Assembly: GCA_034530875.2 (NCBI GenBank)
Contig: JAVRCJ020000023.1
Location: 66,778 to 130,777, forward strand
Length of the DNA: 64,000 nt
Source of the DNA: Nostoc sp. DedSLP01
GTDB taxonomy: Bacteria > Cyanobacteriota > Cyanobacteriia > Cyanobacteriales > Nostocaceae
Direction of reading: 5' to 3'
Positions 32,435 to 41,760 of the stretch are shown in pieces; position 1 is the first letter of the stretch; each line of letters opens with the position of its first letter. The notes beneath the pieces are model-generated. The model ran no database searches, was not told where the DNA came from, and saw nothing but the letters and a program-made list of their open reading frames with translations. The position numbers were made by a program, and so were the translations under genes.

Positions 32435-35400
32435 ATGTTTGCAGGAATTTTATCCATACTAGGGTGGGATTCGCTATCTTTTGGATTAGCACCTATAACT
32501 TTCGCTCAACAACTACTAACTCCAGAAGAAGCATCAGTTCTTTTTGCCGGGCCTAAATTCTTAGTAGCATTGGTGGCTGGGGTTTCAATGGCCTTAGCCT
32601 TTCAATTATTATTGACAAACTTTTCACTTGCCTTAGGTATTTCATCTTGGGAAATTGACTCAGATGATGATGATGAGTCAGTCAAGCTGGGTACTAAAAT
32701 TCGTAAAGTTCAAAGTAAAGTCGGTTTTTGGGCATTAATAACCGCTAGTATTGCCTTATTTATTGCTTGTTTTCTAGCGGTAAAACTTAGTTTAGTCGAA
32801 AATGCATTTTTAGGATCGGTTATCGGTGTAGTCATCTGGTCTATTTATTTTGCACTGATAATTTGGTTTGGTTCATCCGCTGTCAGTTCTTTAATTGGTT
32901 CTATTGCCAATACTGTTAGTTCTGGTTTTCAAGCTTTATTTGGTACAGCAACCACTGGCATTAATGCTAATATTGCGAAACAACAATTGGTCTCTACAGC
33001 AGAAGAAGTTACAGCCGCAGTCCGCCGAGAATTAACTTCAGGCTTTGACCCGGAAATTATTAGAAATACGTTGCAAAGTTCTTTGGCTGCTGTGCAATTA
33101 CCAAAGTTGGATATCAAAGAAATTCGCTCTCAATTTGACAAACTGATTCAAGATACAGATTTACAATCTGTTGTTAATAGCGATTTGTTGCAAAATGTCA
33201 ACCGACAAACCTTTGTCGATTTAATTAGCGATCGCACTGATTTATCTAAAGAAGATATTAATCGGATTGCCGACCAATTACAAGCTGCTTGGCAACAAGC
33301 TTTAAATGGCAAAAATCCCACACAGCAAGTAATTAATTTACTTAAATCTGCCACTCCTGAAGAACTAAATTCTGAAAACTTAGGTGAAAGACTCCAGGAA
33401 TTGGTTACAGTTGGAGGTGGTAATGGCAAGCAAAGCAATGGTGTCATGAAGCAAGCTGTTCAATATGGCTTGACTGCTGCCGTACCAGCAGTTTTGGATA
33501 GAATGAACCTTTCTCATATCGATGTCAACAAAATTACCAATCAGTTACAAAAACTGAAAGAGAAAGTTCAAGATGTCGATGTCGAGCAAATTACAGAACA
33601 ATTACAAAAGTTTAGCGATCGAGCAACAGCAAAATTGCCAATCTCGCTGGATAATACAATCAAAGCAGATGTAGAAGACTATATTTTGAATTCATTTCCT
33701 TGGCACTTTAACCGTATAAGCTTAAGAGAAGAATTCAAAGAAGTCATCTATGATGTGAATGCAGATCCGAAAACTGTCAGACGAGAGTTAGAAGAACTGA
33801 ATCGAGATTATTTTACCGACTTGCTCAACCAAAGAGGCGATATTAGCGAAGCAAGGGTAAAAGAAATTTCCGAACAAATGGAAAGCGTTCGTCTGGAAGT
33901 TTTAGAAACTGTCAAACAGACCGAAGTAAAAGAAAAAAGTCAAGATTTCCGTTCCCAAATTGAAAATTATCTGCGTTCAACTGGTAAAGAAGAACTTAAT
34001 CCTGAAGGGATAGAAAGGGACTTTGCTAGATTAGTGGAAGATCCGGAAGCTGGCCTTGAAGAATTAAGCGATCGCTTCAGTCAATTTGACCGCGATACTT
34101 TCATCCAATTGCTGCAACAGCGTCAAGATATCAGCGAAGAAGAAGCTAATAATATTGTTAGCCAACTTGAGAACAACCGCGATAATATCTTGAATCGTGC
34201 TAGAGAATTGCAAGAACAAGCAACAGCAAAAGCCGATGAATTACGGCAAAGAGTTGAAGATTATTTGCGCAATACTAACAAAGAAGAACTCAACCCCGAA
34301 AGTATCAAACGCGACTTTAGAGTTCTATTAGAAGACCCGGAAGCCGGAATTAAGCTTTTGCGATCGCGTTTATCGCAATTTGACCGCGATACCTTGGTAC
34401 AATTCCTCAGCCAACGCCAAGATTTAAACCAAGAACAAATTAATCAAATTCTCGATGGATTAGAAGCCGTCCGAGATAGTATTTTGCAGATACCGCAGCA
34501 GGCGAGAGAACAGTACGAAAAAACTACACAAGCCATTGCAGAATATCTCCGCAATACTAACTTGGAAGAACTCGATCCCGAAGGTATTAGAAGAGATTTG
34601 GAAAAATTGCTAGATGACCCGAAAGCGGGTGCATTAGCATTGCGCGATCGCCTTTCTCAAGTAGATCGAGAAACCTTAGTTAAACTGCTAATTCAGCGTG
34701 GAGATTTGAGCGAAGAACAAGTTAATCAAATCATCGATCGCCTACAAGATGCGATTAGCGATATCGTGAAAGCGCCGCGACGTTTAGCAAAGCGTACCAC
34801 TCAACAAATTTTAGATTTTGAAGCGAATCTCGAAGACTACCTGCGCAATACTAACAAAGAAGAACTCAATCCCGAAGGAATCAAACGCGATTTGCAATTG
34901 CTGTTGTCTTCTCCCCGTGCTGGAATTGATAATTTAAGCGATCGCGCTGCCAAAATTGACCGTTCGACAATTGTGGCGTTGCTATCCCAACGCGAGGATA
35001 TTTCGGAAGAAGAAGCTAACCAAATTGTGGATCGAATCGATACCGTTCGCAGTTCCATTGTCGAACAATTCCAGCAGATTCAACAAAGAATGCGATCGGT
35101 GTTGGATACAATTTTTGCCAGAATTCGCAACTATCTCAACTCTCTCCAACGTCCCGAACTCAACTATGAAGGAATCAAGCAAGACTTTGCCAAAGTCTTT
35201 GACGATCCCCAAACTGGATTTGAAGCCTTGCGCGATCGCTTGAGTCAATTCGATCGCAACACCTTAGTTGCAGTCTTGAGTTCTCGCGAGGACATTTCCC
35301 AAGCAGACGCCAACCGCATTATCGACCAAATAGAAGCAGCGCGGGATGGCGTACTGCAACGAGCCGAACGCATCCAGCTAGAAACACAAAAACGCCTGCA

Positions 35401-35554
35401 AACAATCAAAGAACAAGCTAAAAAGCAAGCTGAAGAAACTAAAAAAACCGTTGCTAATGCAGCTTGGTGGATATTTGGTACGGCATTGACTTCCCTTGCT
35501 GCTAGTGCAATTGCAGGTGCGATCGCGGTTACTGGGTTACCTCTACTTGGCTAA
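32435..35554 (+). CDS. Large membrane-anchored helical repeat protein
   Basis: N-terminal TM bundle, about five ~95-aa repeats (YLRNTNKEELNPEGI.RD...SQFDRDTLV), C-terminal TM. Confidence 0.85.
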   Translation: MFAGILSILGWDSLSFGLAPITFAQQLLTPEEASVLFAGPKFLVALVAGVSMALAFQLLLTNFSLALGISSWEIDSDDDDESVKLGTKIRKVQSKVGFWALITASIALFIACFLAVKLSLVENAFLGSVIGVVIWSIYFALIIWFGSSAVSSLIGSIANTVSSGFQALFGTATTGINANIAKQQLVSTAEEVTAAVRRELTSGFDPEIIRNTLQSSLAAVQLPKLDIKEIRSQFDKLIQDTDLQSVVNSDLLQNVNRQTFVDLISDRTDLSKEDINRIADQLQAAWQQALNGKNPTQQVINLLKSATPEELNSENLGERLQELVTVGGGNGKQSNGVMKQAVQYGLTAAVPAVLDRMNLSHIDVNKITNQLQKLKEKVQDVDVEQITEQLQKFSDRATAKLPISLDNTIKADVEDYILNSFPWHFNRISLREEFKEVIYDVNADPKTVRRELEELNRDYFTDLLNQRGDISEARVKEISEQMESVRLEVLETVKQTEVKEKSQDFRSQIENYLRSTGKEELNPEGIERDFARLVEDPEAGLEELSDRFSQFDRDTFIQLLQQRQDISEEEANNIVSQLENNRDNILNRARELQEQATAKADELRQRVEDYLRNTNKEELNPESIKRDFRVLLEDPEAGIKLLRSRLSQFDRDTLVQFLSQRQDLNQEQINQILDGLEAVRDSILQIPQQAREQYEKTTQAIAEYLRNTNLEELDPEGIRRDLEKLLDDPKAGALALRDRLSQVDRETLVKLLIQRGDLSEEQVNQIIDRLQDAISDIVKAPRRLAKRTTQQILDFEANLEDYLRNTNKEELNPEGIKRDLQLLLSSPRAGIDNLSDRAAKIDRSTIVALLSQREDISEEEANQIVDRIDTVRSSIVEQFQQIQQRMRSVLDTIFARIRNYLNSLQRPELNYEGIKQDFAKVFDDPQTGFEALRDRLSQFDRNTLVAVLSSREDISQADANRIIDQIEAARDGVLQRAERIQLETQKRLQTIKEQAKKQAEETKKTVANAAWWIFGTALTSLAASAIAGAIAVTGLPLLG

Positions 35555-35595
35555 GCTGGTTGCTGCGTAGGTAAGGTACATAAAACCACACATTA

Positions 35596-35753
35596 ACGTG
35601 AATTCGACGAACCTCTCCCCAACCCCTCTCTGACACGGAGAGGGAGGGGCTTTAATATTTTGAGTTGGGCACGAAAAATGACAGTTTCTAAGCCTCTCCC
35701 CGAAACGGGGAGAGGTTTGGAGAGGGGTTATTTGGAATGTGTCGAACTCACGT
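35596..35753. mobile_element. MITE with intact target-site duplication
   Basis: TIR ACGTGAATTCGAC / GTCGAACTCACGT (12 of 13), flanked by direct repeat CACATTA at 35589-35595 and 35754-35760. Confidence 0.85.
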
Positions 35754-35849
35754 CACATTAACACGGTAGGATACCACACCTGTACAATTCTGCATTACCC
35801 GAAACCCTTGTAGAGACGTAGCATTGCTACGTCTCTACATTCGTTTTCA

Positions 35850-36350
35850 CTACCTATCCGCAGGAGGAGGTGCTTGGCGATCGCCTTGAGGACGAGGCGG
35901 AATACCCAAAGCGTTTATCAACTGTTGTTCTGTGACTCCCAGTTTTGCCGCAGCCGCTTTCAAATCGGGACGAGGTGGACGCTGGCCTTCACTAGGAGGA
36001 TTCGCAGGGACTCCCAATGCAGATTTTAACTGAGCTTCTGTAACTCCCAACTTCGCCGCAGCAGCCTTAAAATCAGGACGAGGGGGACGCTGGCCTTCAC
36101 CAGGAGGATTCGCAGGGACTCCCAATGCAGATTTTAACTGAGCTTCTGTGACACCCAACTTGGCCGCAGCAGCCTTAAAATCAGGACGAGGCGGATGTTG
36201 CCTTTCTGACTGTGGTTGGTTAGGACTATCTGGTGCCTGTGCAATTTGCTGGAATTTATTTGCAGCATTTGCGCGATCGAGTGACATAAAACCAAATGTA
36301 CCAAACCAAACAGGGATTGCTGTTAGAACTAATATTTGACGAATATTCAT
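35850..36350 (-). CDS. Exported protein with three RPPRPD(F/L)KAAAAKLGVTExQL..ALG repeats
   Basis: Signal peptide (ANA), three 29-aa repeats nearly identical at DNA level; ATG at 36350. Confidence 0.85.
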   Translation of the reverse strand: MNIRQILVLTAIPVWFGTFGFMSLDRANAANKFQQIAQAPDSPNQPQSERQHPPRPDFKAAAAKLGVTEAQLKSALGVPANPPGEGQRPPRPDFKAAAAKLGVTEAQLKSALGVPANPPSEGQRPPRPDLKAAAAKLGVTEQQLINALGIPPRPQGDRQAPPPADR

Positions 36351-36423
36351 AATCAACACCTAAAAGATAGATTGTTTACATTTCTGATTGAACTAACCAA
36401 AAATTACAGTTCGCCGTGCTTGT

Positions 36424-36443
36424 AAATTACAATTTTGTAATTT
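36424..36443. promoter_or_regulatory. Palindromic operator AAATTACAA-TT-TTGTAATTT, candidate site for the adjacent response regulator
   Basis: Perfect 9-bp arms; second copy at 37653-37670 in the same context. Confidence 0.7.
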
Positions 36444-36474
36444 TTATAACTTAGGCATAACCACTGCACTCAAA

Positions 36475-37212
36475 TTACGCAATCTTCAGTCCGACATCAA
36501 AAGTTGCTGTGTAACCTTCCTCATTTTTGGCAAGCTTGAGTAACATTTGTTCGCCACCATCAGTAAAAATTTGGTCATCAGCATTTTTCTGGGTGCGCTG
36601 TCCCTTGCTGGCGTAAGGAGTCTGACTGTGTACTTTGTCAGTAGTTAAGTCATCAAAGTATAGCTGTGACGTAAACTCATAACTCTGCCCTGATGCCCCA
36701 TCTGTGCGAACCTTAAAATGGATATGAACGGTTCTACCTGGATACCAACCAGGATAAATGGTTGTAAACTTCACAGTTCCATTAGCGTCGGTGACTTGAT
36801 AGCCGCGCAAGAACTTTTGACCGACAGTATTAAAACTTCGGTCTGCCACGTCTGAATAGACACCTAATGCATCACAGTGCCAAATATCTACGATCGCACC
36901 TGAAAGCGGCGTACACCCAGTATTGCCAACTTGAGAAATGTGCAGTGTTAAATCAAGCCGCGTTCCTGCTTTCACCGAACCATTCGTAGGATCGGCACGG
37001 ATATCCGAGCGCTTGAGCTTTTCATCCACAAAATACGGGCCTTCGGTCTGTTCTGGGCTGACGACACACGCAGAGGATGTAGCAGAAACAGCTACACTCG
37101 GCTTTTTGGGGATGCATCCAACCACAAGTATTGTTGTTCCAGCTGCCCTAAATAAAGCAAGTACATCTCTGCGTCTGAAAATGCGAGCTAATTGGCGATC
37201 GTTGTATTTCAT
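36475..37212 (-). CDS. Tat-exported intradiol ring-cleavage dioxygenase-like protein
   Basis: FRRRDVL twin-arginine signal; TEGPYF, DIWHCDALGVYS, FLRGYQ, YPGWYPGRTVHIH motifs. Confidence 0.9.
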   Translation of the reverse strand: MKYNDRQLARIFRRRDVLALFRAAGTTILVVGCIPKKPSVAVSATSSACVVSPEQTEGPYFVDEKLKRSDIRADPTNGSVKAGTRLDLTLHISQVGNTGCTPLSGAIVDIWHCDALGVYSDVADRSFNTVGQKFLRGYQVTDANGTVKFTTIYPGWYPGRTVHIHFKVRTDGASGQSYEFTSQLYFDDLTTDKVHSQTPYASKGQRTQKNADDQIFTDGGEQMLLKLAKNEEGYTATFDVGLKIA

Positions 37213-37306
37213 GATTCTCTTTTAAAGAAAAATTCAGGAATCAGTTATCCGAAACCCTTGTAAAGACGTAGCATTGCTACGTCTTTACATTGATGAATTT
37301 TTGTTG

Positions 37307-37579
37307 TTAACGGTTATTGTGTGGAATTCGGTTTTGATTTACACCCTGATTCTGAGGTTGGGGAGGTTGTTTTTTCTGCTGTGAGTGTCGTTGCTGATGC
37401 TTGATTTGGGGTTTTTTATTGGGTTTTTGTAGTTCATTTTGCGGTCTTGGGCGTTGTTTTGAAATCTCTGCTCTGGGGTTGGCTGGAGATTGAGCATTTG
37501 CTTGATTGGGTGCAACAAAACCAAATGTACCAATTACAAGAGGAATTGCTGCTAAAGCTAAGACTCTACGAATATTCAC
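37307..37579 (-). CDS. Small exported Gln/Pro/Lys-rich protein
   Basis: GTG start after GAGG; signal peptide paralogous to that of 35850-36350. Confidence 0.7.
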   Translation of the reverse strand: MNIRRVLALAAIPLVIGTFGFVAPNQANAQSPANPRAEISKQRPRPQNELQKPNKKPQIKHQQRHSQQKKQPPQPQNQGVNQNRIPHNNR

Positions 37580-37652
37580 GATAATTAACCTCGAAACTGT
37601 TGCTTACATTTACGATTAAGTCACCTCAAAATTACAGGTTGCTTGGTTGTTG

Positions 37653-37670
37653 AATTACATTTTTGTAATT
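37653..37670. promoter_or_regulatory. Palindromic operator AATTACA-TTTT-TGTAATT in the divergent promoter of the two-component system
   Basis: Perfect 7-bp arms plus an extra AAAATTACAG half-site about 25 bp away, as at 36400-36443. Confidence 0.7.
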
Positions 37671-37731
37671 TCAACTCAAAGGTAATGAATTTACAATGGG
37701 GTAATGATTATCGAGTAATTAATATTGATTT

Positions 37732-38445
37732 GTGAACATTTTGTTTGTCGAAGATGAAGCCAAAATTGCTAACTTCGTTCGGGCTGGATTGAAGGAACAG
37801 GGATTTGTCGTAGACTACTGCGACAATGGCGATGAAGGATATCTGCGGGCGTTAGATAACGAATACGATGCGATCGTACTTGATATTATGGTGCCGGGTA
37901 AGGATGGGCTATCGATTCTCAAACAACTACGGCACTCAGGGCGCAATACACCAGTGATTTTATTAACGGCTCGTAACGAGCTCGACGATCGCCTATCTGG
38001 TTTAAATTTGGGAGCCGATGATTACATAGCCAAACCGTTTTTTGTGGAAGAACTAGCGGCTCGAATTCATGCGGTTGTGCGGCGCAGTGTGGGCGATCGC
38101 CAAAATTTGCTTGTGGTAGGGTCGCTCAAGCTCGATCGCATCGCGCGGGAAGTCACCTACAATCAACGAGCGATCGAACTTACCAGCCGCGAGTTTAATC
38201 TGCTGGAATATCTCATGCGCTCTCCCGGACGAGTTTTCACCCGTACTCAAATCCTAGAACACGTTTGGGGCTACGACTTTAACCCCAACACCAATGTCGT
38301 CGATGTGTGTATCCAGCGAATTCGCAAAAAAATTGAACCCATTGATGAGGCAGACCCCATTGAAAGCATTCGCGGCGTTGGATATCGGTTTCGCAAACCA
38401 GACGATGAATCAATTCAAAATTCAAAATTAAAACTTCAAAATTAA
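37732..38445 (+). CDS. OmpR/CusR-like response regulator
   Basis: VEDE, LDIMVPG, GADDYIAKPF, winged-helix VVDVCIQRIRKK...RGVGY. Confidence 0.95.
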   Translation: MNILFVEDEAKIANFVRAGLKEQGFVVDYCDNGDEGYLRALDNEYDAIVLDIMVPGKDGLSILKQLRHSGRNTPVILLTARNELDDRLSGLNLGADDYIAKPFFVEELAARIHAVVRRSVGDRQNLLVVGSLKLDRIAREVTYNQRAIELTSREFNLLEYLMRSPGRVFTRTQILEHVWGYDFNPNTNVVDVCIQRIRKKIEPIDEADPIESIRGVGYRFRKPDDESIQNSKLKLQN

Positions 38446-38497
38446 ATACAGCCACGCCACTTGGGCGAGGTTTTGAACCTAGCTTTTTTCATAAACT

Positions 38498-39976
38498 ATG
38501 AAGCGCCCCTCGTTTCGATTGCGAATTGCCTTGTTGTCTGCGGCTTTAGCTGGAGGTGCATTAGTTGGGTTTGGTGCAGTCTCTTGGTTTCAGATTTACG
38601 AAGCTAAGATCAGCCGCCTTGATGCAGAACTGTTAAATCAATTAATGCGGGCAAGCCGTCCGCCAGAACCTCTACCCGAACCAGAACGATGGCAGCGCTA
38701 TGAAGGTTCATTAACCCATATTTTAGGAACAAATACAAAAACTCACATTGTCCTGTTAGTGCTTGATGCCAACAGTAACACAGTTTATCAATCTGACGAA
38801 GTGCAAGCTGACCTCGACTTGAATCGTCTGTTGCTTCGGCAGATTGACTTGGCACCTCTGCCACCGCCCTTAAATAGAGGACGACCCCCAATACCCGAGA
38901 ATCCAAATCCACCTTTTCCTCGTCCACGCCCACCTCAAATTATCTCCCAGCAGACAGCAACAGGAACTTGGCGGATTGGGGGAGCGAGATTTCCCAATGC
39001 TCAGGTTGCCATTGCTGTTAACCTCGAAGCCGTTAATCAAGAGATGGCAACCATTCGCAATATCTTTCTTATATCAATTCCAGGAGCGCTTTTACTCGTT
39101 GCCGTCGGTGCATGGGTGGTTGCTGGTAGTGCCTTGCGTCCCATCCATGAATTAACAGGCGTCATTCAACAGGTAACCGTCCAAGGATTAGATCGGCGCA
39201 TTCCCATTGGCACAACAGATGTTGAATTTGTCGAATTGATTCGCGTGTTTAACCAAATGCTGGAACGCCTGGAACGCAGTTTTACACAAGCTTCTCGCTT
39301 CAGTGCTGATGCTGCTCACGAACTCAAAACCCCACTAACCATTCTCCAAGGCGAACTAGAACGAACCTTACAACAAGTCGAACCTGGATCGGAAGTGCAA
39401 CAGCGCTTAAGCAACCTCTTGGATGAAGTAGGCCGATTAAGCGGCATTATGCGGAAACTTTTGCTGCTGTCTTTGGCAGATGCAGGACAAATGAGCTTGT
39501 ATTTAGTTGAAGTGGATATGTCACAGTTGCTGATGGAGATGGTAGAGGATGTAGAAATGCTGGCTCCCCATTTGAGCGTGCAAAGCGATATTCCTAACGG
39601 TTTAAAAGTACAAGGCGATCGCGATTTGTTAATTCAAGTTCTGCAAAATCTTTTGAGTAATGCCATCAAATATAATCTCTCCAACGGTTGGATAAAAATC
39701 CAGGCTCGTCAAGCTCAAACAAAGCTCTACGTTACAATTACCAACGCATCAAAAGATATTCCAGCAAGCGATCGCTCGCGGCTTTTTGACCGCTTTTATC
39801 GTGGCGATCGTGCCCGCACCCGCAAAGTAGAAGGAATCGGACTCGGACTCAGCCTAGCGCGGGAAATTGTCAGGGCACATCGTGGCGACCTCACCCTTGA
39901 ATCAACAACATCTGTTGGTCAAACAGCATTTACTCTCACTTTACCGTACAGTGGCAAATTTGTATCATCAAACTAA
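38498..39976 (+). CDS. HAMP-domain sensor histidine kinase
   Basis: Two TMs, Pro-rich periplasmic loop, AAHELKTPL H-box, NLLSNAIKY, GIGLGLS. Confidence 0.95.
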   Translation: MKRPSFRLRIALLSAALAGGALVGFGAVSWFQIYEAKISRLDAELLNQLMRASRPPEPLPEPERWQRYEGSLTHILGTNTKTHIVLLVLDANSNTVYQSDEVQADLDLNRLLLRQIDLAPLPPPLNRGRPPIPENPNPPFPRPRPPQIISQQTATGTWRIGGARFPNAQVAIAVNLEAVNQEMATIRNIFLISIPGALLLVAVGAWVVAGSALRPIHELTGVIQQVTVQGLDRRIPIGTTDVEFVELIRVFNQMLERLERSFTQASRFSADAAHELKTPLTILQGELERTLQQVEPGSEVQQRLSNLLDEVGRLSGIMRKLLLLSLADAGQMSLYLVEVDMSQLLMEMVEDVEMLAPHLSVQSDIPNGLKVQGDRDLLIQVLQNLLSNAIKYNLSNGWIKIQARQAQTKLYVTITNASKDIPASDRSRLFDRFYRGDRARTRKVEGIGLGLSLAREIVRAHRGDLTLESTTSVGQTAFTLTLPYSGKFVSSN

Positions 39977-40124
39977 ATAATTCTAGCTTTGTAAATGTAT
40001 CACTAACAACATCTTGATTCATGTTCTTAGATTACATCTTATGCCTCCTTGTTGCTTAAGTTGACACCAATGCACAGCTGTGCGCCCCTACTGTATTCTA
40101 AAAGGAGGATTTATCTATTACTTT

Positions 40125-40988
40125 ATGTCTGCTTGCCAAAAACTACGGCAATTACTAGCGCGTCCAGAAATTATTGTAATTCCTGGTGTTTATGATTGTT
40201 TGGGAGCTAAGTTAGCCGAACAACAAGGTTTTGAAGTCGTGGCTACTAGTGGCTTTGGAATTGCGGCTTCTGTTTTGGGTTTACCAGATTACGGCTTTGT
40301 CACGGCTACGGAAATGCTTTATAGTGTGGGGCGGATTGCTCAATCGATTGATATTCCCCTAATTGCTGATTTAGACACGGGTTATGGTAACGCTTTAAAT
40401 GTAATTCGCACGATTAAAGATGCCGTACAGTTGGGCGTTGCTGGGGTGTTGTTGGAAGATCAGGAATGGCCGAAAAAGTGCGGACACTTTGAAGGGAAGC
40501 GAGTGATTCCCCAAGGCGAACATGTGGGAAAAATTCGCGCCGCAGTAGAAGCGCGTGGCGATAGCGGTTTAGTAATTATTGCGCGGACTGATGCGCGTGC
40601 GCCGCTGGGTTTAGAAGAAGCGATCGCTCGCGGTCGAGCTTACATTGCAGCGGGAGCAGATATACTGTTTGTGGAGGCTCCGCAATCTGTTGATGAGTTA
40701 AAAGCGATCGCTGCTGCTTTTCCTGATGTACCACTAGTAGCTAATATCGTTGAAGGTGGCAAAACTCCAGAAATTTCCACAGATGAATTACAAAAGTTAG
40801 GCTTTAAAATTGCATTTTTTCCCCTAACTGCTTTACTCGCTGTCACACAAGTAATGAATAGCTGTTTGAAGCATCTCAAAGAACAAGGAACCACAGCTAA
40901 TTTGCCCAACTTGGTTAACTTTAAAGACTTTCAAGAACTCGTCGGCGTTCCTAGATATTTGCAAATGGAGCAAGATTTTACATCATGA
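40125..40988 (+). CDS. Isocitrate lyase/PEP mutase superfamily enzyme (PrpB/oxaloacetate decarboxylase-like)
   Basis: GLPDYG, IADLDTGYG, EDQEWPKKCGH, ARTDA motifs; ATG at 40125. Confidence 0.9.
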   Translation: MSACQKLRQLLARPEIIVIPGVYDCLGAKLAEQQGFEVVATSGFGIAASVLGLPDYGFVTATEMLYSVGRIAQSIDIPLIADLDTGYGNALNVIRTIKDAVQLGVAGVLLEDQEWPKKCGHFEGKRVIPQGEHVGKIRAAVEARGDSGLVIIARTDARAPLGLEEAIARGRAYIAAGADILFVEAPQSVDELKAIAAAFPDVPLVANIVEGGKTPEISTDELQKLGFKIAFFPLTALLAVTQVMNSCLKHLKEQGTTANLPNLVNFKDFQELVGVPRYLQMEQDFTS

Positions 40989-41024
40989 CCAACTTTAATT
41001 AGTCAACAACTTTTACAATATTAT

Positions 41025-41372
41025 TTACAGTGGTAAATAATAGACGCAATTAGCAAAGTCTTCAATATTGGCAGCTTTAGCAATAAACTCTAAATCTCTT
41101 ACACAATCGCCGATAGAGACAAGCAGTTGATGACCATAAATAACACCAGAGAAATTTATATCTTCACTCTGGCGACAAGCAGCTTCAGCCAAAAAATCCG
41201 CATCTTGGGAAAAGATAACTCGCCCAAGCTCACCAGCGCGATCGAGTATCAAAGTATCAGGAAAACCAGTCTTTTCATCTTCTTGAACTGTGAGAACATC
41301 TACACCTCGCAGACGCAACCCAGCAGTAATAGCTCGGTGGACATGTTCATCCATATAGAGTGTGATACTCAC
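41025..41372 (-). CDS. DUF5615 PIN-like protein (putative toxin)
   Basis: LYMDEHV...LRLRGVDV...D..IL..A....RVIFSQDADF; GTG start overlaps the upstream stop (GTGA). Confidence 0.85.
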   Translation of the reverse strand: MSITLYMDEHVHRAITAGLRLRGVDVLTVQEDEKTGFPDTLILDRAGELGRVIFSQDADFLAEAACRQSEDINFSGVIYGHQLLVSIGDCVRDLEFIAKAANIEDFANCVYYLPL

Positions 41373-41686
41373 TTCACAAGTTTCTGCGCCCGAAGTTTTG
41401 CTGCTAGAGGTGAAGGGCCTGCTTCCTTTCGCATTCGTTCTGCATACTCGAACCGTCTTTCCATATCAGCATCAATTTCTTGTTTACGATCCCAGTAGTA
41501 AGCTAAAGCAGAATGAATTTGGCTCATTGAGAGATAAGGATGTTGAAAATGAATTTCTTCAGGACTCCAACCATAAGCAAATTGAGAAGTTACCAATTCA
41601 ACAACTTTCATCGTTGTACCTGCAATGATGGGTACACCACGTTCATCAAGTTGTACATATTTATGTTCCGTGGCTGTGAATGTCAT
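41369..41686 (-). CDS. DUF433 protein (putative antitoxin)
   Basis: GVPIIAGT...GWSPEEI..QHPYLSMSQIHSALAYY. Confidence 0.88.
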   Translation of the reverse strand: MTFTATEHKYVQLDERGVPIIAGTTMKVVELVTSQFAYGWSPEEIHFQHPYLSMSQIHSALAYYWDRKQEIDADMERRFEYAERMRKEAGPSPLAAKLRAQKLVK

Positions 41687-41760
41687 GATGTTTGCCTCTT
41701 TGTATTTTGAATTTTTGATTTTTAAATAATTATACTATTTATTATTAGTTATGGACGATT

